64,000 nt of DNA, taken from positions 35,767-99,766 of the forward strand of contig JACNKR010000037.1 in the NCBI GenBank assembly GCA_014381925.1, in the 5' to 3' direction. This DNA is from Fidelibacterota bacterium. Its GTDB lineage: Bacteria > Fidelibacterota > Marinisomatia > SCGC-AAA003-L08 > GCA-2689995. Positions 48,400-55,924 of this stretch are shown one piece after another. Made by a program: the position numbers and the translations under genes. Below the pieces are notes generated by a model. That model was not told the DNA's origin. It worked only from the letters and a program-made list of their open reading frames with translations, and did no database searches. Every line of letters starts with the position of its first letter. The stretch's first letter is position 1.

Positions 48400-48558
48400 A
48401 TGGTAAGTAATGGAATAACATCTAGTATCTTATTTGGATTAGAAATAATTGGTTCAGCGATAACAAAACTTATTGAGGAGGTCATTATGGATATTTCAAA
48501 TATTTTCATTTTATGTGTTTGGTATGGTGCGATGTATCTGCGAGAACTTGGTGGTTAG
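48400..48558 (+). CDS. possible 52-aa hydrophobic small protein (or a 23-aa peptide starting at 48487)
   Basis: MVSNGITSSILFGLEIIGSAITKLIEEVIMDISNIFILCVWYGAMYLRELGG. The internal ATG at 48487 has a strong GAGGAGG 5 nt upstream. It falls below the ORF-track length cutoff. Confidence 0.3.
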   Translation: MVSNGITSSILFGLEIIGSAITKLIEEVIMDISNIFILCVWYGAMYLRELGG

Positions 48559-48648
48559 CATCTAATCCAAATAAGAGATAAACGGTATTATAAAATAATT
48601 TGCTTGCCAAGAGATACAAAGCGGGATTCAATTCCCCGCTCTCGCACC
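48539..48648 (+). other. tRNA-like structured element (acceptor-like helix + T-arm-like hairpin + ACC), not a canonical tRNA
   Basis: TGCGAGA (48539-45) pairs perfectly with TCTCGCA (48640-46). CGGGA-TTCAATT-CCCCG forms a T-arm-like hairpin. An inner CTTGG/CCAAG helix is present. No D or anticodon arm can be drawn, and the length is about 110 nt. Confidence 0.3.
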
Positions 48649-48705
48649 TAAATTTAAAATGGCACGCTATTATTCATAATTAAAAAAAGAAAGAGGTAGA
48701 GTTAA

Positions 48706-49179
48706 ATGAAAAAATTTAGAGTTTTTAAAAATCCTATTGGTGAAGTTAAAGTTGTGAAAGTTGGTTGGTCCTGGCCTGCAGCTTTATTTGTCCCATTTTG
48801 GTTATTTTTTCATGGGTTTTATTTGTATGGAATAATAATGTTTTTTATAGATTTTATTTCTGTTGGTATATCTCATGTTTTTATAGGAATCTTTTTTCTA
48901 GGAAAAGATGGAAATAAAATTTTAGCAGACAATTTAATATCTAAAGGTTTTGAATGTGTAATGGAAGTTACTGCGAACAATATTGAAATGGCATTATCAA
49001 TTTATTATAAAAATAAAGAGTCAAATAATAATGTAAATGAAAATCATAAATTTGAATTGAAAAAAGAAATTAATATTAATGAAGAAGAAAATAGCACAGA
49101 AAAAGTTTGCACTATGTGTGCAGAAACTATAAAACAGGCTGCAAAAATATGTAGATATTGTTCTCATCAATTTGAGTAA
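48706..49179 (+). CDS. membrane protein (DUF2628-like N-terminus) with a C-terminal zinc ribbon
   Basis: GWSWPAALFVPFWLFFHGFY and two TM helices. C-terminal CTMCAETIKQAAKICRYCSHQF. Confidence 0.55.
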   Translation: MKKFRVFKNPIGEVKVVKVGWSWPAALFVPFWLFFHGFYLYGIIMFFIDFISVGISHVFIGIFFLGKDGNKILADNLISKGFECVMEVTANNIEMALSIYYKNKESNNNVNENHKFELKKEININEEENSTEKVCTMCAETIKQAAKICRYCSHQFE

Positions 49180-49185
49180 TATTAA

Positions 49186-49479
49186 TTGAGACACATTATC
49201 CCAATCATATTACAATTAATTACATCCTATTATTCTGATCCTATAGAAGAAGAAAAAGAGATATCTTATAATGATCAGGTGATGGTGTTAGAATATCCTA
49301 ATTTCAATTCAAATATTGAATATTGTACAATTAAAAATGGCAAATTTTATACTGACTTTAATCCATTGGTTTATTTAAATAAAAAATCAAAATGGGAAAA
49401 TAGAGAAGATTCAATTAATGTTTTTAACCCCAATATCGATATATTCAGTTTAATCAAAAGGAAAGAATTTGGTAAATAA
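49186..49479 (+). CDS. hypothetical protein
   Basis: ORF with a TTG start, bracketed by the 10-nt direct repeat GAGACACATT. Confidence 0.3.
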   Translation: MRHIIPIILQLITSYYSDPIEEEKEISYNDQVMVLEYPNFNSNIEYCTIKNGKFYTDFNPLVYLNKKSKWENREDSINVFNPNIDIFSLIKRKEFGK

Positions 49480-49497
49480 ATTATATCTCAATTATAG

Positions 49498-49517
49498 AGA
49501 CACATTTTAATGTGTCT
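49498..49517. terminator. hairpin between convergent genes (possible terminator)
   Basis: AGACACA-TTTTAA-TGTGTCT. The T-tract is poor. Confidence 0.35.
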
Positions 49518-49597
49518 TAAATAGATAGTGATAGTATGTATTATTGAAACATGAAACACAATTTTAATACATTAAATTATGTGTTATTAAAATGTAT

Positions 49598-50347
49598 TTA
49601 CATCAAAACCTTTCCCTGTGAGAATAAATTTATAAAACCCAATTCATTTACTAATTTTAATAAATCGTCGTCTTCAATTCTTGGACTAAAATGGGTTAAA
49701 TAAATATGTTTTGCGTTTGCTTTTTTACCCAGTTTAATTGCTTGAGATAAAGTGGTATGTTTTGTTTCCAATGCAAGTTCAGTATGATTATCTGTAAATG
49801 TTGCTTCATGGATAAAATGGTCAGTATTTTTTGAAAACTTAATAATTTCATCTAATGGTAATGTATCGGTAATAAAAACAATTGATTGATTTTCATCTTG
49901 AATGCGATAACCCCAACATGGTACTTTATGTTCTAATTGAATTGATTTAATTTCAATATCATTTTCGAGTAAAAAATTATCCGTATCTTCAATCGATAAT
50001 ATTTCTAATTCAAATTTTAAATTAACTCCTTGATGTTTCAAACTTGTTAATAAGAATTCTTTTAAATTTGAAGGACCATAAATAATTAATTTATGTTCAA
50101 TCCTTAAAATATTTCGGTAAAATATAAGTGGTATTAAACCAGCGGTATGGTCAGGGTGCATGTGAGTAATAAAAATATATTTTAATCGTTTCCATTTATA
50201 GCCGTGTGAATTCCAATTTAAATAGGTACCTTCTCCACAATCGAACATAATATCATATCGTTCTTCAGAAATAATAAGAGAAGTTGTACCTCTATTTTGA
50301 GTTGGAATTCCCGCCGAACATCCTAGTTTTTGAAATGATTTTAACAT
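49598..50347 (-). CDS. MBL-fold metallo-hydrolase, RNase Z-like
   Basis: FDCGEGT and HMHPDHTAG (HxHxDH) motifs; C-terminal LTHFS. Confidence 0.65.
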   Translation of the reverse strand: MLKSFQKLGCSAGIPTQNRGTTSLIISEERYDIMFDCGEGTYLNWNSHGYKWKRLKYIFITHMHPDHTAGLIPLIFYRNILRIEHKLIIYGPSNLKEFLLTSLKHQGVNLKFELEILSIEDTDNFLLENDIEIKSIQLEHKVPCWGYRIQDENQSIVFITDTLPLDEIIKFSKNTDHFIHEATFTDNHTELALETKHTTLSQAIKLGKKANAKHIYLTHFSPRIEDDDLLKLVNELGFINLFSQGKVLM

Positions 50348-50439
50348 ATTTTTCTCACTAATTGTTACATCACATAAATAGATTTTATTTATATCTGTAT
50401 CGTAAATTTATGAATATTTATTGAAGAGAGTTTATAAAA

Positions 50440-52428
50440 ATGAAACAGTTAATCATATTTATTATTATATCACAAAGTTTAATTTTTGCATCGTCAGAAC
50501 GATTTCTTGTAGAAATTAATATAAACCAAATTGAAGAACTTAATTTATTAAACCATTTAGATATTCATTATGATCATAAAAGGAGTGCTAAGCAGGTTCA
50601 CGCTTTTGTAAATGAAGAAATTTTTAATGATATTAAATTAATTGGGATTGAAATAAATAAAATTGAAAATAAAGCTCTCACTTATTTTAATGAATTAAAT
50701 AATGAAACCCGAAATTCAGATAATCCATTAAGGTCATATAATAATTATACTGAAATGACTGCAATTTTACAAAATATCGCAATTGAATATCCTGAAATAA
50801 CACAACTCATTTCAATTGGGCAAAGTGTTCAAGGTCGAGAACTTTGGGTAATGAATATTTCGGATAATCCTGGCATTAATGAAATTGAACCTGAATTTAA
50901 ATATGTTGCAAATATGCATGGTGATGAGGTTGTGGGGAGAGAATTAAGTTTAAATTTAATTGAATGGTTATGTGAAAATTATTCTACTGATCCCAGAGCG
51001 ACTCATTTAGTAAATAATGTTGATATTTTTATTATGCCTTCAATGAATCCAGATGGCTTTGAAATGGGTAGTCGATACAATGCAAATGGAGTAGATTTGA
51101 ATCGAGATTTTCCAGATCAGTTTGATGATCCCAATAATTCCACTTTAGGACGGCAACCAGAAACAATTGCATTGATGGAATGGACATGGGAGCATAATTT
51201 TATTTTATCTGCAAATATGCATGGTGGGGCATTAGTTGCAAATTATCCATTTGATGGTCCATATTCAGGCAATTATTCCGCTTCACCTGACGATGAATTA
51301 TTTATCGAATTAGCAACGACTTATTCTAATAATCACTCTGAAATGTATCAAAGTAATTCATTCTCAAATGGAATAACAAATGGGTCACAATGGTATGCTA
51401 TTTTTGGTGGTATGCAAGATTGGAATTATATATGGGAAAAAGATTTTGATATTACTTTAGAACAAAGCGAAGATAAATGGCCTAATTCATCAGAATTACC
51501 TCAATTTTGGGAAGATAATAAAGAGTCGTTATTAACATATATTGAGCAAATTTTTAAAGGAGTTTATGGTGTTGTTTCTGATGAAAATGGAAATCCACTA
51601 CATGCAGAAATAATAATTAATGGAATTGATCATAATATTTTTACCGATACCGAAAATGGTGATTATTATCGGTTATTAACAGCAGGCAATTATGATATTA
51701 CAATTCAAAGTTTTGGATTTGAAACTCAAACATTTAATCTTGATATTCAAAATTCAGGAACAGAATTAAATGTACAATTAGTACAAGATCAATCATTAGT
51801 AAATGCCGAAATTGAAGATTTTGAATCAGGAGGATTTAATAGTTATAATTGGATATTTTCTGGTAATTCAAATTGGGAGATCGATGAATCTATAGTTTTT
51901 GAAGGAGGATTTAGTGCGAAATCTGGGAATATTGGACATAATCAACACACAACGCTTTCAATTGAATATGAAGTTATTGAAGATAGTGAAATTCGTTTTT
52001 ATCGAAAAGTGTCTTGTGAAAATGTAGGTGCTTCCACGGGTAATTATTATGATTATTTAAAATTTGAAATTAATGGAATTGAACAAAATAAATGGGCTGG
52101 CGAACATGATTGGGGTTTAATAAACTTCCCAGTAATGACTGGGATGAATAATTTTTCATGGACATATATAAAAGATAGTGGTGTTGTTGGTGGAGAAGAT
52201 AGAGCTTGGATTGATTTTGTTATATTTCCTATTCATGAAAATCTTTTAATAGGCGATTTAAATTCTGATGGTGAATTAAATATTGTAGATATTGTATTAT
52301 TAGTGAATTATACTTTAAGTAATCCAATTCCCTCTGAAGAATTAGTTCAAATAGGTGATATTAATGATGATAATGTGTTAAATATTTTGGATATCGTATT
52401 ATTGGTAAATACTATTTTAGATGTATAA
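50440..52428 (+). CDS. secreted M14 zinc carboxypeptidase with CarboxypepD_reg domain and C-terminal dockerin-like module
   Basis: Signal peptide; ANMHGDEVVGRE, NPDGFE, VDLNRDFP; GVYGVVSDENGNPL...; C-terminal GDLNSDGELNIVDIVLLVN...GDINDDNVLNILDIVLLVN. Confidence 0.85.
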   Translation: MKQLIIFIIISQSLIFASSERFLVEININQIEELNLLNHLDIHYDHKRSAKQVHAFVNEEIFNDIKLIGIEINKIENKALTYFNELNNETRNSDNPLRSYNNYTEMTAILQNIAIEYPEITQLISIGQSVQGRELWVMNISDNPGINEIEPEFKYVANMHGDEVVGRELSLNLIEWLCENYSTDPRATHLVNNVDIFIMPSMNPDGFEMGSRYNANGVDLNRDFPDQFDDPNNSTLGRQPETIALMEWTWEHNFILSANMHGGALVANYPFDGPYSGNYSASPDDELFIELATTYSNNHSEMYQSNSFSNGITNGSQWYAIFGGMQDWNYIWEKDFDITLEQSEDKWPNSSELPQFWEDNKESLLTYIEQIFKGVYGVVSDENGNPLHAEIIINGIDHNIFTDTENGDYYRLLTAGNYDITIQSFGFETQTFNLDIQNSGTELNVQLVQDQSLVNAEIEDFESGGFNSYNWIFSGNSNWEIDESIVFEGGFSAKSGNIGHNQHTTLSIEYEVIEDSEIRFYRKVSCENVGASTGNYYDYLKFEINGIEQNKWAGEHDWGLINFPVMTGMNNFSWTYIKDSGVVGGEDRAWIDFVIFPIHENLLIGDLNSDGELNIVDIVLLVNYTLSNPIPSEELVQIGDINDDNVLNILDIVLLVNTILDV

Positions 52429-52430
52429 AT

Positions 52431-54284
52431 TTATTTTAATAAGATAATTTTTTGAATTTCATGATTTGATTGATTTTTTATTTTATAATCTAATCGAATA
52501 AAATAAGTACCTGAAGGTAATCCCTTTGCATCCCATTCAATTGTATGAATCCCTGCTTCAATTTGACTATCTATTAAGGATTTAGTTAAACGACCATTGA
52601 TGTCATATATTTGTAGAGACATTGCGTGCAATGTTTCAGGCACAGCAAAACGAATTGTCGTTACAGGATTAAATGGATTTGGGTATGCAGGGTATAATTC
52701 AAATTGAGATTGATAGGTAGTTTCATTTTGTTTTTCAAAATTAATTTCAACTATCTGTAAATTATCAAATGGTTTTAATCTAATATTTAAATCAATAATA
52801 TTTCCATTTGAATGGTCAAAATATTTTAGGGTTGGCCTATCATTTGTTTCACAATATCCAATAGTCTGTGATGAAATATCCCTACCCATTACCGGCAAGA
52901 CAGAAATATCATTATTATAAATTACTGATCCAACTAAAATATTATTATTGTAAGTGAGTAAATAATCACCATTTTCTATTTCATTATTAATAGTATTAAT
53001 ATTTTTTAGTAGATAAAACGCTTGTTCCGTAGATTGTGAAAATTGAAACTCATTTGGAATATTCACTAAACTATTCGATTTATTTAAACTTTGTAACTCT
53101 GGTGGAGTATCACAATTATCAACACCCCATTTAAATTCAAGTGATGAATTTTGAATATTTACCCAATATCCTTTTCCTTCCTCTAAGAAATTTAAATTTC
53201 CTGCCCATCCATCAATTGTATTAAATAAACCTACACCTTGTCCCAAAATAAAATTGAAATTTTCAGTTGCAAATGCTTCACCCCCAAGTGCATCCATTGT
53301 GAGTGCATTTCCTGAACCCCATTTAAAAGCGAGGAGATTATTTCCATAAGAAGTTTCATAAATATTACAATTATCGATTGTTCCAAGTTCAAAATAAATA
53401 TCCCAATCTAAACTTTGGTTTACATTTAACCAATACCCTGAAAAAGGATCGACTATATTTAAATTTCCTGACCAACCATCAATTGTGTTAAATAGACCAA
53501 CACCCTGCCCTAATATAAAATTTACATTCGTCCCCATTGAAATTAAACTATCCATAATATTTATGGTATTAGAATTTTCATAATAACCAGGAAGTCCAAT
53601 TAAATTATTTCCAAATGATAAGTTATGTGTAAAATGAAATCCATATTCGCATGTATTATCATTTACAATTGCACTTGATGTATAATTCATTGCTTCAGGA
53701 TCTATGCATGCACAATTGGAGTAGGATTCATAGCATAGTGAACAGTCGCCATAGTTTGAAAATGGATTAAAATATAAATCATTGTAAAATGGACATCCAC
53801 CATCACCCGTAAAATAGTCTCCATCTCCAATCACATTTATACTATCAATTAAAACTTGGCTTAATGGAAAAATTGCTGTTTCATCAACTCCATAATACAT
53901 TATTCCTTCAGAAGTATCAAAAATATTAATTGATACAGAATCACCCGAATTTGGATAATGTGAAATATCCGCTGTAACTTGATCATTAAAGTTTACAGTA
54001 ATAAATAATTGATCGTTAGAAGTGCTACCATAACTCCAACCAATACAGGAATCGCCATACATTACGGCGATAATATCACAATCGAGCGATGGGCAAATAC
54101 CAAATGCTGTATTATTATTAATTCCATTTACAATTGGTTCATCCCAAATAGAAATATCATCAATTACAATAAATCCCTGTGATGTTGAAGTAATTACATT
54201 GTAATCTGTTGGTCCATAATCTGGAGCCAATCCCATCCCACTTAAAAAATAAAATACAGCAAAAATTAATGAAATCTTCTTCAA
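52431..54284 (-). CDS. secreted protein with an internal duplication of about 95 aa and a T9SS-type C-terminal sorting domain
   Basis: The C-terminus NPFNPVTTIRF...LQIYDINGRL...GTYFIRL is of the Por_Secre_tail/FlgD-Ig-like type. The NFILGQGVGLFNTIDGW.GNLN module occurs twice. The likely start is TTG 54284, downstream of GGAGGAGGA (the track start is 54299). Confidence 0.75.
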   Translation of the reverse strand: MKKISLIFAVFYFLSGMGLAPDYGPTDYNVITSTSQGFIVIDDISIWDEPIVNGINNNTAFGICPSLDCDIIAVMYGDSCIGWSYGSTSNDQLFITVNFNDQVTADISHYPNSGDSVSINIFDTSEGIMYYGVDETAIFPLSQVLIDSINVIGDGDYFTGDGGCPFYNDLYFNPFSNYGDCSLCYESYSNCACIDPEAMNYTSSAIVNDNTCEYGFHFTHNLSFGNNLIGLPGYYENSNTINIMDSLISMGTNVNFILGQGVGLFNTIDGWSGNLNIVDPFSGYWLNVNQSLDWDIYFELGTIDNCNIYETSYGNNLLAFKWGSGNALTMDALGGEAFATENFNFILGQGVGLFNTIDGWAGNLNFLEEGKGYWVNIQNSSLEFKWGVDNCDTPPELQSLNKSNSLVNIPNEFQFSQSTEQAFYLLKNINTINNEIENGDYLLTYNNNILVGSVIYNNDISVLPVMGRDISSQTIGYCETNDRPTLKYFDHSNGNIIDLNIRLKPFDNLQIVEINFEKQNETTYQSQFELYPAYPNPFNPVTTIRFAVPETLHAMSLQIYDINGRLTKSLIDSQIEAGIHTIEWDAKGLPSGTYFIRLDYKIKNQSNHEIQKIILLK

Positions 54285-54465
54285 TTTTCCTCCTCCCAAG
54301 AAGAATATTGTTTAATTATTGCCCCATAATATATAAATAGTTAAATGCTAGAAGTAAGATGAATTATTAAGATAAAATAATTTATGATTAACATCAACAT
54401 AATTACAGATATTAGTTAATTTTATTGCTTGTTATTATAAAATATTAAATATTATAAAAAATTAT

Positions 54466-54492
54466 TAAAGGTTATTAAATTTTATCCGATAA
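54466..54492 (+). promoter_or_regulatory. sigma-28 (FliA)-type promoter
   Basis: TAAAGGTT-N11-TCCGATAA compared with the enterobacterial consensus TAAAGTTT-N11-GCCGATAA. It lies about 108 nt upstream of the flagellin ATG. Confidence 0.7.
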
Positions 54493-54560
54493 TGTCATCA
54501 GTTGCTAAAAGAATTAATTAGAAATATTAATTATATTTAGCAAATATTTTTTTTAAACAA

Positions 54561-54590
54561 GGACAAGGATGTCCATAAATAACACGGAGG
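54561..54590 (+). promoter_or_regulatory. candidate CsrA-binding sites in the flagellin leader
   Basis: Hairpin GGACA-AGGA-TGTCC presents GGA in its loop (54561-54574). A second GGA lies within the SD ACGGAGG (54584-54590), 9 nt before the ATG. Confidence 0.5.
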
Positions 54591-54599
54591 TACATCAAT

Positions 54600-55490
54600 A
54601 TGTTTGGTGACATAACAAGAGTAGGTGCGAATTTCAATGCAATGGAATCGCTGTTTAATTTAAAAAGAGTAAATGGTGAGATTGGTCAAGTACAATCTCG
54701 ATTATCATCAGGTAAGCGGATTAATTCAGCTGAGGATGATACATCAGGATATGCTTTATCAAAACATCTTCAAAGTAGAGTGAATGGTTTAACTCAGGCA
54801 TTAGATAATGTTTCAACTGCAAAAAATGTTTTAAATATTGCAGAGGGTGGATATCAATCTCAAATGAGTATTCTTCAACAAATAAAAGAAAGTTTAACAC
54901 AGGCGGCCGATGGTGCTTTAAGTACTGAGCAAAGAGGTGCAATTGGTGACCGTATTCATTCATTATTGACAGAAATTGATGATATTAAAAGTCAAACTAA
55001 ATATAATGGATATACTTTGTTTACGGATAGTGGTTCAGATAGAACAATGACTTTCCAAGTTGGTGAAGAAAATACAGACACATTTGCGGTTACATTTAAT
55101 TCATCTGGTAGAAATGATATAGGTGAAACGGGTGGTATTGATATTGATAGTATAGTTGGTTCAAATACTGGAAGTGCAGCTTCTGGTGATTGGGCAGCAT
55201 TAGATCAAACAGAAGCTACTGCTGGAATTTTAACTTTAGATAGTGCTATTAAATCAATGGCTAAAACTATCCAGCAAATGGGTGATGATCAAGCACGATT
55301 AACATCTAAAGAAGAATCCTTATCATTAGGTATTTCAAATACAGAAGCGACAAGAAGTCGAATTGAAGATGCTGATTTTGCTAAAGAGCAAATGACGATG
55401 ATGAAGTTGCAAATTTTACAACAGACATCAATATCAGCATTTACGCAATCGAATTCTGCACCGCAAGTTGTATTATCATTATTTAGATAA
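54600..55490 (+). CDS. fliC: flagellin (short, D0/D1-only type)
   Basis: N-terminal SRLSSGKRINSAEDDTSGYALS...L.QA..N...A.N.L..AEG and C-terminal IEDADFAKE...K.QILQQ...A...QSN..PQ.VLSL.R. Confidence 0.9.
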   Translation: MFGDITRVGANFNAMESLFNLKRVNGEIGQVQSRLSSGKRINSAEDDTSGYALSKHLQSRVNGLTQALDNVSTAKNVLNIAEGGYQSQMSILQQIKESLTQAADGALSTEQRGAIGDRIHSLLTEIDDIKSQTKYNGYTLFTDSGSDRTMTFQVGEENTDTFAVTFNSSGRNDIGETGGIDIDSIVGSNTGSAASGDWAALDQTEATAGILTLDSAIKSMAKTIQQMGDDQARLTSKEESLSLGISNTEATRSRIEDADFAKEQMTMMKLQILQQTSISAFTQSNSAPQVVLSLFR

Positions 55491-55505
55491 TTAAACTTAT
55501 TTATG

Positions 55506-55532
55506 ATAGACGGGAGATTTACTCCCGTCTAT
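55506..55532 (+). terminator. hairpin terminator after flagellin
   Basis: ATAGACGGGAG-ATTTA-CTCCCGTCTAT (11-bp stem). The T-tract is weak. Confidence 0.6.
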
Positions 55533-55565
55533 ATTTGAAATTAACTTAATTGAAAGGATTTAAAT

Positions 55566-55760
55566 ATGGGCGAAGGCATACTTGGAATCAAACAGGTTGC
55601 TGACTATCTTAACATAAAAGAGCAGACAGTATATCGGTTGGTCCAGACAGGAAAAATTCCTGCTGTTAAATTTGGTGGATCCTGGAAGGTAAAACAAGAT
55701 CATTTAGAGAAAATGTTTGACCAAATCCTTGAAGAAAAAATGAAACAGTTTGGTAATTAA
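55566..55760 (+). CDS. excisionase-family (MerR-like) helix-turn-helix DNA-binding protein
   Basis: IKQVADYLNIKEQTVYRLVQTGKIPAVKFGGSWKV. Confidence 0.75.
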   Translation: MGEGILGIKQVADYLNIKEQTVYRLVQTGKIPAVKFGGSWKVKQDHLEKMFDQILEEKMKQFGN

Positions 55761-55780
55761 AGTTGATAACCTTATTAATA

Positions 55781-55813
55781 AAAAGCCTCAATTTATTGGG
55801 GCTTTTTTATTTT
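55781..55813 (+). terminator. rho-independent terminator
   Basis: AGCCTCAA-TTTA-TTGGGGCT followed by TTTTTTATTTT. Confidence 0.85.
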
Positions 55814-55924
55814 ATTGAATTCGTTAAATAATGTTACTATTAAAAAGATATAAATTGATTGAATTCAATATAAATTATATAATATATTTTTAAGTTATTT
55901 ATATTTAAATAAAGGTTAATTTTA

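Noticed and set aside
48539-48648. Calling this a genuine tRNA or tmRNA gene.
   Set aside because: Only an acceptor-like helix and a T-arm-like hairpin can be drawn, and the hairpin has an A-C mismatch at the conserved G53-C61 position. No D-arm or 7-nt anticodon loop is present. The length of about 110 nt is wrong for a tRNA and far too short for a tmRNA.
49579-49590. The 12-mer ATGTGTTATTAA is shared between element A and the spacer at 49.58 kb.
   Set aside because: This is a single AT-rich 12-mer with no extended similarity on either side. It is plausibly chance in a genome this AT-rich.
55566-55760. Excisionase-family HTH as evidence of a prophage or integrative element.
   Set aside because: The window has no integrase, no phage structural genes and no att-like repeats around it. 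Small HTH proteins of this family also act as stand-alone regulators.
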